Assembly (NCBI GenBank): GCA_964468195.1
Contig: CAYXUI010000030.1
Span: 1-23,467, forward strand
Length of the DNA: 23,467 bases
Direction: 5' to 3'
Source: an uncultured Oscillospiraceae bacterium
GTDB lineage: Bacteria; Bacillota; Clostridia; Oscillospirales; Oscillospiraceae
A model generated the notes under the pieces. It was not told where the DNA came from, did no database searches, and saw nothing but the letters and a program-made list of their open reading frames with translations. Made by a program: the position numbers and the translations under genes. Below are positions 16,034-23,467 of the stretch, piece after piece; within the stretch, counting starts at the first letter, position 1; each line of letters begins with the position of its first letter.

Positions 16034-17127
16034 ATATTTCCTTTGATTACTTCAATATTCTTCCCCAGTTTGGTAAATCTGCCGCTTTCGCAGCAGGTGA
16101 TGAATACCTGGCCGGAGATGATCTGGTTCAGCACAAAATCCTGCCTTCCCGGATCCAGTTCGGAGAGCACGTCATCCAATAGCAGTACCGGCTGCTCTCC
16201 CCATTCCCGGCCCATGAGTTCCCGCTGGGCCAGTTTCAAACTGATGGCAGCAGTGCGGGTCTGCCCCTGGGAACCATAGGCTTTCAGGTCGATTCCGTTC
16301 AAGGCCACGGTGAAATCATCTTTCTGGGGGCCTGTCAGGCATTGAGCCGTTTCCAGCTCCGCACGGTAATGCCGCTGCAAATGCTCCTGCAAGTCTTCCG
16401 TCAATTTCGCCACCGGGGCAAAGGGATTGGAAACCGTGGAGACGGTCTTATATTCCAGAGAAAAATTCTCCACACCTCCGGAAAACTGCCTGTGGAAATC
16501 TTCTGCGCTTTTCCCCAGAGCATCGAAAAACCGGGCTCGGTAGGAGATCAGCAGCGCACCCACCTGACAAAGCCTGGTGTTGTATTCCGGCAGAATGTCC
16601 AGCACGGCGGGATTTTCAAAGTGGTCTTTCAAAATCCGGCTTTTTTGCTCCAAAATCCGGTGGTACTCCCCCAGAGCCGCTTCGTAATTGGGCCGCAGAC
16701 CGCAAAGGGCCGTATCGGCGAACCGCCGCCGCTGGGCACCGCCCATTTTCAGGATCAGTAAGTCCTCCGGGCAAAACAGCACCGTAGGCAATACCCCTGC
16801 CAGTTCCGAAGCGCTTTTCTTTCTGGCACCGTTGCGGAAGATCTGCCGGGGCCGGGCACCGGAAAACAGGAGATAGCGCAGCGTCTGCTGCCGCTCCTGA
16901 GAGAAAACCGTACCCTGAATTTCTCCGAAATCTGCCCCAAAGGACACCATTTCTGCCGTTTTCTGAGCCCGGAAACTTTTTCCGCTGCCAAGATAAGCGA
17001 TGGCTTCCAGCAGATTGGTCTTTCCCTGGGCATTGTCCCCCACGATGAGATTCACCCCGGGGTCAAATTCCACCTCTGCCTCGGTATAATTCCGGAAGGT
17101 GCGCAGCGTCAGTTTTTCCAGATTCAT
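16015..17127 (-). CDS. recF: DNA replication and repair protein RecF
   Basis: 370 aa: FRNY, Walker A GDNAQGKTNLLEAI, the signature region, and Walker B LLLDDVLSELD. The start overlaps the yaaA stop (ATGA). The last 6 codons and the stop lie inside R1 copy C. Confidence 0.95.
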   Translation of the reverse strand: MNLEKLTLRTFRNYTEAEVEFDPGVNLIVGDNAQGKTNLLEAIAYLGSGKSFRAQKTAEMVSFGADFGEIQGTVFSQERQQTLRYLLFSGARPRQIFRNGARKKSASELAGVLPTVLFCPEDLLILKMGGAQRRRFADTALCGLRPNYEAALGEYHRILEQKSRILKDHFENPAVLDILPEYNTRLCQVGALLISYRARFFDALGKSAEDFHRQFSGGVENFSLEYKTVSTVSNPFAPVAKLTEDLQEHLQRHYRAELETAQCLTGPQKDDFTVALNGIDLKAYGSQGQTRTAAISLKLAQRELMGREWGEQPVLLLDDVLSELDPGRQDFVLNQIISGQVFITCCESGRFTKLGKNIEVIKGNIRRAES

Positions 17128-17369
17128 GCGTGGTTGGAGATCAGGTAGGTCTGATCCTGGAAAGAGAAAGTGTCCCCATTATAGAGCTTCTTGCCCCGCA
17201 TGGTACAGACTTCCCCATTCACCAGAACCTCTCCTTCCTGGATCAGGCTCTTGGCCTCACCGCCGGAATAGACAATGTTGGCATATTTCATAGCATCCTG
17301 GAGCTTAATAAACTCCGTGGAAATGGACACCGGAATGGCGGTGTCTTTCTTTTTTACGGTTACTTTCAT
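17124..17369 (-). CDS. yaaA: S4-domain RNA-binding protein YaaA
   Basis: 81 aa: IKLQDAMKYANIVYSGGEAKSLIQEGEVLVNGEVCTMRGKKLYNGD. It occupies the conserved position between dnaN and recF. GAGGTGA RBS upstream. Confidence 0.88.
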   Translation of the reverse strand: MKVTVKKKDTAIPVSISTEFIKLQDAMKYANIVYSGGEAKSLIQEGEVLVNGEVCTMRGKKLYNGDTFSFQDQTYLISNHA

Positions 17370-17422
17370 AATTTTTCACCTCAAAAAATGGTATCAATCA
17401 GGCGGAAACATATTCGTTGCAT

Positions 17423-17586
17423 TCGTAGGGCGGGGGCATGCTCCCGCCGCTCAGGCAGCGATGATTGCATAGGTATTTATTAAAATGCTGTGTCCCCACA
17501 TCTGAGATACCGTCGTAACATACTTCATTCAACGAACCAATTAAAAATCTATAGCGGGTCGGCGGGGGCATGCCCCCGCCCTACGA
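17423..17586. repeat. R1 REPIN-like doublet, copy D (dnaN-yaaA spacer)
   Basis: TCGTAGGGCGGGGGCATGCTCCCGCCGC (17423-17450), a 106-nt AT-rich spacer, then GGTCGGCGGGGGCATGCCCCCGCCCTACGA (17557-17586). Confidence 0.92.
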
Positions 17587-17588
17587 TG

Positions 17589-18698
17589 TTAGCCGTTCTT
17601 AATTCTCACCGGCAGCACCATATAAGCAAAATCAAACTTATCATCCACTGGGGTCAGGACGATGGGGCTTAAGCCGTTGGTCAGTTCCATGGTCACCTCT
17701 TCGGAGGGGATGACTTTCAAGGCATCGGCAAGATACCGGACATTGAAGCCGATCTCCAGTTCCTTGCCGTCACCGGCGATGGAACATTTATCCTCTGCGG
17801 CACCGATGGTGGTATTGGTGCGCATCAAAAGCTCATTGTGGCTGAACACGCAGCGCACGGGGCTCTTGTATTTTTCGGAAACGATCAGACCCACACGCTC
17901 CACGGAAGAGGAAAGATCGGAAACATGGGCCACCAGCTGAATGGGGCAGTTGGTGGGAACGACTTTCCGCCAATCCAGGAATTCGCCGTCCAACAGCCGG
18001 CAGACCAACGTTGCGTTGCCGATCTGATACAAAATGTGCTTGGGGCCAAGGGTGAAAGAAGCATCGTCTTCGGAATCGGTAACGATTTTTTCCACTTCTT
18101 TCAGTCCCTGAGCGGGAACCACAAAGGAAAGCTCCCGCTCGGTGCTCTCCTGGGGGTGGTAAGTCCGGCGGGCCAAACGGAAACCGTCCACGGCAATGGC
18201 GGTGATGGAATCGTTGGTGACCTCGAACTTCACGCCGGTGTGGATGGGACGGCCCTGATTTTCGGACACGGCAAAAATGGTGCCGGAGATCAGTTCCTTC
18301 AGCTTGTTCTGGGGGATCTTGATGGGACGGCCGGAGTTGACATCCGGAAGGTCGGGGTAATCCTCGGCACTTTCGGCGGAAATGGTGAAGGAAGCATAGC
18401 CTGCCCGGATGGAGACTTTGAAATCCTCGCTGACCACCACCGTCACCGGGCCTTCCGGCAGACGGCGGACAATGTCGCCAAAGAGCTTGGCCGGGAGAAT
18501 GCACTCACCGGGGTCCGAGACTTCTGCGGGAATGTCATAGGTAATGGCCGTTTCCATATTGTAGCCGGTGAGGGAAATGCCGTGACCGGCCTTGCAGAAG
18601 ATACCCTCGATGACGGAAAGGCTGCTCTTCTGCGCTACTGTCCGTCCGGCAATATTCAGACCCTGAACCAGCATGTTTTTTTCACAGGTAAAACGCAT
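17589..18698 (-). CDS. dnaN: DNA polymerase III beta sliding clamp
   Basis: Full-length clamp (MRFTCEKNMLVQGLNIAGRTV..., ending PVRI). The ORF opens at 18704 (MTM...), but the AGGA RBS spacing and homology to MKFT-type N-termini favour ATG 18696-18698. Confidence 0.95.
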   Translation of the reverse strand: MRFTCEKNMLVQGLNIAGRTVAQKSSLSVIEGIFCKAGHGISLTGYNMETAITYDIPAEVSDPGECILPAKLFGDIVRRLPEGPVTVVVSEDFKVSIRAGYASFTISAESAEDYPDLPDVNSGRPIKIPQNKLKELISGTIFAVSENQGRPIHTGVKFEVTNDSITAIAVDGFRLARRTYHPQESTERELSFVVPAQGLKEVEKIVTDSEDDASFTLGPKHILYQIGNATLVCRLLDGEFLDWRKVVPTNCPIQLVAHVSDLSSSVERVGLIVSEKYKSPVRCVFSHNELLMRTNTTIGAAEDKCSIAGDGKELEIGFNVRYLADALKVIPSEEVTMELTNGLSPIVLTPVDDKFDFAYMVLPVRIKNG

Positions 18699-18704
18699 GG
18701 TCAT

Positions 18705-18960
18705 TTTCCTTTCTTGAATAAAATAAGAAAGATAGATATATCTATCATAGGTTAAGGCAGTCGTAACAGTATTAGTACAAATTTATGTGGAAAAGTCCCT
18801 TTTGCCTTAGAGCCGCAACGGAAATTTCTCCACAACCCGGTGTGAAAAAATAAGAAGTTTTCCACAGCCAATTTTTCCGGCTGTGGGGAAATTTTTTCTG
18901 AGCGAGTTTTCCACACAATTTCTTTCCACAATCCACAGGGACTGTGGATAAATTTTTGCG
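18705..18960. promoter_or_regulatory. oriC (dnaA-dnaN spacer): AT-rich unwinding-element candidate plus a DnaA-box array
   Basis: 18705-18785 is AT-rich and contains the perfect 16-bp palindrome GATAGATATATCTATC (18731-18746). DnaA boxes: tgtggaaaa 18786-18794; ttctccaca 18826-18834; ttttccaca 18858-18866; tgtggggaa 18882-18890; ttttccaca 18907-18915; ctttccaca 18922-18930; caatccaca 18929-18937; tgtggataa 18943-18951 (9/9). Gene orientation switches at dnaA. Confidence 0.8.
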
Positions 18961-18985
18961 TCTGCTATTTCTAAGGGAAAAGTCT

Positions 18986-19098
18986 TGTCATCCCGACCAA
19001 GCGTAGCGCGTGGAGGGATCTACGCACCGAATGTCACTTATGCAGTACGATAGTGCCAAGATTCCTCGAATCCGCTTGCGCTCCGCTCGGAATGACAA
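18986..19098. repeat. R4 long imperfect hairpin repeat, copy 2 (inside the origin spacer, next to the dnaA stop)
   Basis: Left arm TTGTCATCCCGACCAAGCGTAGCGCGTGGAGGGATCTACGCAC. The right arm reverse-complements to TTGTCATTCCGAGCGGAGCGCAAGCGGATTCGAGGAATCTTGGCAC. Confidence 0.8.
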
Positions 19099-19105
19099 CG
19101 TATTC

Positions 19106-20419
19106 TTACAAACTGGAGTTAATATTCGCCGTAATATCCCGGATGTTATTTTGCATATGGCTGTCGCCGTTTTTCAGGGCGACTTCCACTTTCCGGATGG
19201 CGTAGAGTACGGTGGAGTGGTCTCTGGCAAATTCCTTGCCGATATCCGGCAGACTCAGGTTGGTGAGTTTCCGGATCAGATACATAGCCACCTGCCGGGC
19301 TTCCGCGGTGCCCTTGTTTTTCTGGGTGCCCCGGATCACGCTTTCGTCTACATTATAGAATTTGCAGACCTGGGTGATAATCAGCGGAGCTGTGGGCAGG
19401 GCGTTGCCTTCGCTCTTGAACATATCGTCAATGGCCCGGGAGATATTGGGAAGATCCAGAGGCATGTTGTTCAGGTCCCGGTAGGCCAGAATCTTTTTCA
19501 CGGTACCTTCGATCTGCCGGACATTGCTGGTAATATTGATGGCGATGTAGTTACACACATCGTCGGTCAGCGTCAGTCCCAGCTGCCGGGCCTTGTTCTG
19601 GATGATGGCCATTCTGGTCTCGTAATCCGGGGGATTGATGTCAGCAATCAGGCCCCAGAGGAACCGGCTGCGGAGACGTTCTTCCAAAGTCAGCATATCG
19701 TCAGGTTTCCGGTCAGAAGTCAGGACGATCTGCTTGTGCTCTTCATAGAGTTTATTAAAGGTATGGAAGAATTCCTCCTGGGTGGATTCCTTACCGGCGA
19801 TGAACTGGATATCATCCACCAGGAACAGGTCTGCTTCCCGGTACTTGCTGCGGAATTCGATATTTTTACCGTTTTTGATGGCGTCGATCAGCTCATTTGT
19901 GAACTGGTCGCCCTTGATATACACGATATTGGCGGTGGGATTATCCTTGCGGATGCCGTTGGCAATGGCGTACAGCAGGTGGGTCTTGCCCACGCCGGGA
20001 GGGCCATAGATAAACAGGGGGTTATACACCTGGCCCGGGGTTTTGGATACCGCAATGGCGGCGGAGTGGGCGAAGCGGTTGCTGGGGCCCACAACGAAAT
20101 TATCGAAGGTAAACTGGGGGTTAAAGTCCATGGAGGTGGAAGCTTTGGCTTTGTTCTTTCTGGCGTTGAGCTCCTCGTCACCAAAGACCAGCAGCTTGGC
20201 GTCGGAATTGAATACCTCCTTCAAAGCGTCCTGGATGTAATCGGTGCAGCGGCGGCGGATGATCTCCCGGCGGAAATCCGAAGGAGAATACAAAATCAGG
20301 TTATCCTCGTTCAGCTCCACCACCTCAGCGTCGTCAAACCACGCCGACACGGTGACGGCACCCAGACGCTCTTCCATATGGCTCAAAACCTTGGCCCACA
20401 CATAGGCGGAAGAATACAT
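19106..20419 (-). CDS. dnaA: Chromosomal replication initiator DnaA
   Basis: AAA+ motifs NPLFIYGPPGVGKTHLL and LFLVDDIQF, plus C-terminal DNA-binding domain motifs ARQVAMYL and HSTVLYA. The ORF opens at 20452, but ATG 20417-20419 has an AAGGAG RBS 7 nt upstream (MYSSAYVWAKVL...). Confidence 0.97.
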   Translation of the reverse strand: MYSSAYVWAKVLSHMEERLGAVTVSAWFDDAEVVELNEDNLILYSPSDFRREIIRRRCTDYIQDALKEVFNSDAKLLVFGDEELNARKNKAKASTSMDFNPQFTFDNFVVGPSNRFAHSAAIAVSKTPGQVYNPLFIYGPPGVGKTHLLYAIANGIRKDNPTANIVYIKGDQFTNELIDAIKNGKNIEFRSKYREADLFLVDDIQFIAGKESTQEEFFHTFNKLYEEHKQIVLTSDRKPDDMLTLEERLRSRFLWGLIADINPPDYETRMAIIQNKARQLGLTLTDDVCNYIAINITSNVRQIEGTVKKILAYRDLNNMPLDLPNISRAIDDMFKSEGNALPTAPLIITQVCKFYNVDESVIRGTQKNKGTAEARQVAMYLIRKLTNLSLPDIGKEFARDHSTVLYAIRKVEVALKNGDSHMQNNIRDITANINSSL

Positions 20420-20477
20420 ATTGCGGCTCCTTTCTCTTATCTGAAAGCCCAATTCCGGGCATAACTATTCACCCTAA

Positions 20478-20506
20478 ATCTTATCACATTTGACCATAAA
20501 ACTCAA
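20478..20506 (-). promoter_or_regulatory. Candidate dnaA promoter in an AT-rich leader with weak DnaA boxes
   Basis: On the minus strand: TTGAGT (20501-20506), 17-nt spacer ending TGA, TAAGAT (20478-20483). Nearby boxes: tatggataa 20536-20544 (8/9) and tatggagaa 20513-20521 (7/9). Confidence 0.35.
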
Positions 20507-20542
20507 GGAAATTATGGAGAAATAAATTCTAAATTTATGGAT

Positions 20543-20573
20543 AAAAAGGAACAGGCAAGGCCTGTTCCTTTTT
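20543..20573. terminator. Orphan terminator-like hairpin between the dnaA leader and a repeat block
   Basis: AGGAACAGGC (20547-20556) pairs with GCCTGTTCCT (20560-20569). A5 precedes and T5 follows. No CDS ends next to it on either strand. Confidence 0.5.
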
Positions 20574-20589
20574 ACGAGACTGATACCCT

Positions 20590-20817
20590 GGCGGTAATCG
20601 TTACACCATTGGGTGGGTAGCCCGGTAACGAATCCGGGTGAAAATTGTGACTGTAAGGGCGATCATTGGTCGCCCGCCCGATAACTGACCAGATACCAGC
20701 GGGCGGCCAATAGCCGCCCCTACGAAATTGTTGTGACATTTCCCAAAAAACTCATCACTCCTAACTTCTACTATGTCCCGAACCGGGCGGGCCCAATGGT
20801 GTAACGATTACCACCGG
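20590..20817. repeat. Composite inverted-repeat element with an R2 doublet nested inside
   Basis: An identical 21-bp core GGTAATCGTTACACCATTGGG at 20593-20613 is inverted at 20792-20812. Flanks extend the similarity to about 37 bp. Each arm abuts a CCCGG...CCGGG-type hairpin. Confidence 0.75.
20652..20725. repeat. R2 REPIN-like doublet (GTARGGGCG-RYYATTGGY-CGCCCGC units)
   Basis: TGTAAGGGCGATCATTGGTCGCCCGCC (left) and GCGGGCGGCCAATAGCCGCCCCTACGA (right) are mutually inverted around a 20-nt spacer. The GTAG-like head plus GC palindrome layout matches R1. Confidence 0.75.
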
Positions 20818-20906
20818 CCTATCCCACTCGAAATAGTCTTTGGCCACTGTCCACTTCTCTCTACATTCCGCTCAAAAAACCTCCCGGAAATTGGTGACTT
20901 TTTGGC

Positions 20907-20935
20907 TTGATTCTGGGTATTTCCTATGCTAGAAT
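20907..20935 (+). promoter_or_regulatory. Candidate promoter for the YitT-family gene
   Basis: TTGATT (20907-20912), 17-nt spacer ending TGC, TAGAAT (20930-20935). Confidence 0.5.
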
Positions 20936-21008
20936 ACATGATTAAGAACCACAATAAAATACAGAAAACCGTCCATGTCCTTTTGGCATGGGCGTAAGAG
21001 GATCGATT

Positions 21009-21929
21009 ATGCAAACCGCAAAAAAAATCTGGACCTATCTTGTGGTTGCCGTTATTGCTTTGGGAGCATCCTTAAATTATGAATTGTTCGTCTTCCCAAA
21101 TCAGTTTGCCCCTTCGGGCCTGAATGGCATCTGCACCATGATCCAGCATATTACCGGCATTTCCGTGGGTTATTTGAGCCTTGTCATCAATGTGCCTCTG
21201 GCCATTTGGTGTTATAAAGAGGTCAGCAAACCCATCGCTGCCCGGTCTATGGTCTATGTGCTGATGTTTTCTCTGGGACTGCTGTGTTTCGATCAGGTGG
21301 ATCTTTCTGCCTTTGCCTATGTGACGGAAAGCGGCACTTCCAAAATTCTGGGCCCACTGGTTGCCGGTGTGATCCAGGGTTATATCTATTCGGTTCTGAT
21401 GAAGGCCAGCGCCTATTCCGGCGGCACGGATTTTATCTCTGCCATCGTCCATCAGCGGGATCCCAGTAAAAGCGTGCTGGGATTCAGCTTCGTCATCAAT
21501 GTTTTCGTGGCCATTGCCAGCTATTTTGTCTACGGCTACCAGATGGAACCGGTGATCCTGTGCATCCTGTACAGCTTCATGTCCAGCAATGTTGGCTCCC
21601 GCCTGCAAAAGTCCGGCCGGGAAGCCATCTGTTTTGAGATCATCACCGACTATCCGGAGGAGATTTCCAAGGAAATCATCGCAAAAACCCACCATTCCAC
21701 CACCTTGATCCCCGCCAAGGGCATGTATTCCGGCCACGAGACCAATATGCTGGTGTGCGTGGTCAATAAGCCCCAGGCGGCCATCGTCATTCAGATCTGC
21801 CGCAGCTATGACCGTACCTTCGCCATCATGGACCCTGTGGGCGAAGTAGTGGGTAACTTCAAAAAGCTCAATCAGGACGGCCACCAGGTCATCGAAATGC
21901 TGGACGCCGGAGATGGAAAGACGTTGTAA
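21009..21929 (+). CDS. YitT-family membrane protein (DUF161 TM region plus C-terminal DUF2179 domain)
   Basis: Multiple TM helices, a GGTDF motif (SGGTDFISAI), and a C-terminal soluble domain (ICFEIITDYPEEISKEII...TLIPAKGMYSG). The ORF opens at 20988 (ATG), but ATG 21009 has an AAGAGGA RBS upstream. Confidence 0.8.
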   Translation: MQTAKKIWTYLVVAVIALGASLNYELFVFPNQFAPSGLNGICTMIQHITGISVGYLSLVINVPLAIWCYKEVSKPIAARSMVYVLMFSLGLLCFDQVDLSAFAYVTESGTSKILGPLVAGVIQGYIYSVLMKASAYSGGTDFISAIVHQRDPSKSVLGFSFVINVFVAIASYFVYGYQMEPVILCILYSFMSSNVGSRLQKSGREAICFEIITDYPEEISKEIIAKTHHSTTLIPAKGMYSGHETNMLVCVVNKPQAAIVIQICRSYDRTFAIMDPVGEVVGNFKKLNQDGHQVIEMLDAGDGKTL

Positions 21930-21966
21930 CAGTTGACAGTTAAGTAGTGCAAAGGGCTGCGCAATC

Positions 21967-22125
21967 CCTTCCCCCGGGGGGAAGGTGCCCCGAAGGGGCG
22001 GAAGAGGAACGGCGAAACTTTAAAGTTTGCAGAAAGTCTGTTACAACGCAATAATCGTAACATTTTTGCCCGCATTCCTCTTCAGTCACCGCCTTTGGCG
22101 GTGCCAGCTTCCCCCCGGGGGAAGC
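21967..22125 (+). repeat. R3 GC-rich multi-hairpin intergenic repeat, copy 3
   Basis: CCTTCCCCC/GGGGGAAGG (21967-21985); GCCCC-GAA-GGGGC (21987-21999); long-range stem GAAGAGGAA (22001-22009) with TTCCTCTTC (22075-22083) enclosing a 65-nt AT-rich insert; CACCGCC-TTT-GGCGGTG (22087-22103); GCTTCCCCC/GGGGGAAGC (22107-22125). Confidence 0.75.
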
Positions 22126-22210
22126 GATATGCGGCCCATGGCCGCCAAACCAATTTCGTAAGCAAATACAATTACTATATAAAAATCTAACAATCAGGAG
22201 GAACTAAAAA

Positions 22211-23467
22211 ATGGCGTATTATTATCCCGAACCCAGCCACACCTTCAGCGAATACCTGCTCGTTCCCGGATATACTTCCGAGGAATGCGTCCCGGACAAG
22301 GTCAGTCTCCGGACTCCTTTGGTCAAGTACCGCAAGGGCGTGGAGGAGCCCGCCATTTCCCTGAATGTTCCTCTGACTTCTGCCGTTATGCAGTCTGTGT
22401 CCAATGACACCCTGGCCATCGCTCTTGCCAAGGAAGGCGGCATCAGCTTCATTTTCGGCTCCCAGTCCATTGAAAATCAGGCTGCCATGGTGGCCAAAGT
22501 CAAGGGTTATAAGGCAGGCTTCGTCACTTCTGCTTCCAACCTGACCCCTGATGCCACGCTGGCAGATGTTCTGAATCTGAAGGCTGCCAACGGCTTCTCC
22601 ACCGTGGCCATCACCGAGGACGGCACCGCCCACGGCAAGCTCCTGGGCATCGTCACCAGCCGTGACTACCGTGTGTCCCGGATGAGCCCCGAAGACAAGG
22701 TCAGCTCTTTCATGACCCCCCGGGAAAAGCTCATCACCGCCCCCGCTGACACTTCCCTGAAGGAAGCCAACAACATCATCTGGGATCACAAGCTGAACAG
22801 CCTGCCCATCGTGGACGAAAATGACCACCTGATGTACTTCGTCTTCCGGAAGGACTACGCTTCCCACAAGGAAAATCCCCTGGAACTGCTGGACAGCCAG
22901 AAGCGCTATCTGGTAGGTGCCGGTATCAACACCCGGGACTACGCCACCCGGATCCCCGCTCTGCTGGAAGCCGGTGCGGATGTTCTGGTTATCGACTCCT
23001 CCGAGGGTTACACCTGCTGGCAGGAAAAGACCATCAAGTGGGTTCGGGAAACCTACGGTGACACCGTGAAGATCGGTGCCGGTAACGTGGTGGACCGGGA
23101 CGGCTTCCGGTTCCTGGCTCAGTGCGGCGCAGACTTCGTCAAGGTGGGCATCGGCGGCGGCTCCATCTGCATCACCAGAGAGACCAAGGGCATCGGCCGT
23201 GGTCAGGCCACTGCCCTGATCGAAGTGGCAGCTGCCCGGGATGAGTATTTCAAGGAGACCGGCATTTATGTGCCCATTTGCTCCGACGGTGGTATCGTCC
23301 ACGATTACCACATGACCCTGGCTCTGGCCATGGGCGCAGATTTCCTGATGCTGGGCCGCTACTTCGCCCGGTTCGACGAGTCCCCCACCAATAAGGTCAT
23401 GATCAATGGTGCTTATATGAAGGAATACTGGGGCGAAGGCTCCAACCGTGCCCGGAACTGGCAGCGC
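22211..23467 (+). CDS. guaB: IMP dehydrogenase, N-terminal 419 codons; the 3' end runs off the window
   Basis: I translated this frame by hand because it has no stop and is absent from the ORF track: [28 protein letters not shown]..., a CBS pair region ([22 protein letters not shown]), the catalytic loop [12 protein letters not shown], and CSDGGI...MLGRYFA. AGGAGG lies 9 nt upstream. Confidence 0.93.
   Translation, partial: MAYYYPEPSHTFSEYLLVPGYTSEECVPDKVSLRTPLVKYRKGVEEPAISLNVPLTSAVMQSVSNDTLAIALAKEGGISFIFGSQSIENQAAMVAKVKGYKAGFVTSASNLTPDATLADVLNLKAANGFSTVAITEDGTAHGKLLGIVTSRDYRVSRMSPEDKVSSFMTPREKLITAPADTSLKEANNIIWDHKLNSLPIVDENDHLMYFVFRKDYASHKENPLELLDSQKRYLVGAGINTRDYATRIPALLEAGADVLVIDSSEGYTCWQEKTIKWVRETYGDTVKIGAGNVVDRDGFRFLAQCGADFVKVGIGGGSICITRETKGIGRGQATALIEVAAARDEYFKETGIYVPICSDGGIVHDYHMTLALAMGADFLMLGRYFARFDESPTNKVMINGAYMKEYWGEGSNRARNWQR

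Noticed and set aside
1097-17586. Whether the repeated GGCGGGGGCATGCCCCCGCC palindromes are a CRISPR array.
   Set aside because: The copies are dispersed over 16 kb among essential genes, occur as inverted pairs, and have irregular spacing. There is no regular repeat-spacer array and there are no cas genes.
18731-18785. DnaA-trio repeats next to the last DnaA box of oriC.
   Set aside because: I could not see an unambiguous run of trinucleotide repeats, and I do not trust my recollection of the exact trio consensus enough to call it. Only the AT-rich stretch and the palindrome are reported.
20808-21014. 68-aa minus-strand ORF in the dnaA-yitT spacer.
   Set aside because: It overlaps the candidate yitT promoter and RBS, has no Shine-Dalgarno sequence and has no recognisable domain.
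22126-22160. GCGGCCCATGGCCGCC near guaB as an additional R2 unit.
   Set aside because: It is not a clean palindrome, and the position of its TACGAAATTG flank relative to the GC block is opposite to that in the R2 doublet. The resemblance may be coincidental.

Overview
This window looks like the replication-origin region of a fairly GC-rich Firmicute chromosome, probably a Clostridia or Oscillospiraceae-like organism. That taxon guess comes from gene content and protein sequences only and is unverified. On the minus strand the order is dnaA, oriC, dnaN, yaaA (S4), recF, gyrB, gyrA, rnhA, a remB-like DUF370 gene, a nucleotidyltransferase, a zinc-ribbon membrane protein, two parS sites, soj/parA, spo0J/parB, serS, mscL and a Gfo/Idh/MocA oxidoreductase. 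Gene orientation switches at dnaA: a YitT-family gene and guaB to its right are on the plus strand. guaB runs off the 3' edge, so the ORF track misses it. The left end holds the 3' part of groEL, xpt, a small membrane-protein gene and gluQ. All genes are housekeeping, and no transposase, phage, CRISPR, tRNA or rRNA is visible. The unusual content is non-coding. (1) Four copies of a REPIN-like doublet have a 5' GTAG head and a 20-bp palindrome (GGCGGGGGCATGCCCCCGCC). They fill the intergenic gaps of the dnaN-yaaA-recF-gyrB-gyrA cluster, carry compensatory substitutions, and one copy supplies the recF stop codon. (2) At least three more structured repeat families occupy most other intergenic gaps, and one copy lies inside the dnaA-dnaN origin spacer. 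(3) A dense cluster of 8 DnaA boxes sits between two convergent genes about 15 kb from oriC. (4) Two perfect parS sites lie just upstream of soj. Several long antisense ORFs in the track are shadows of high-GC3 genes and were rejected.
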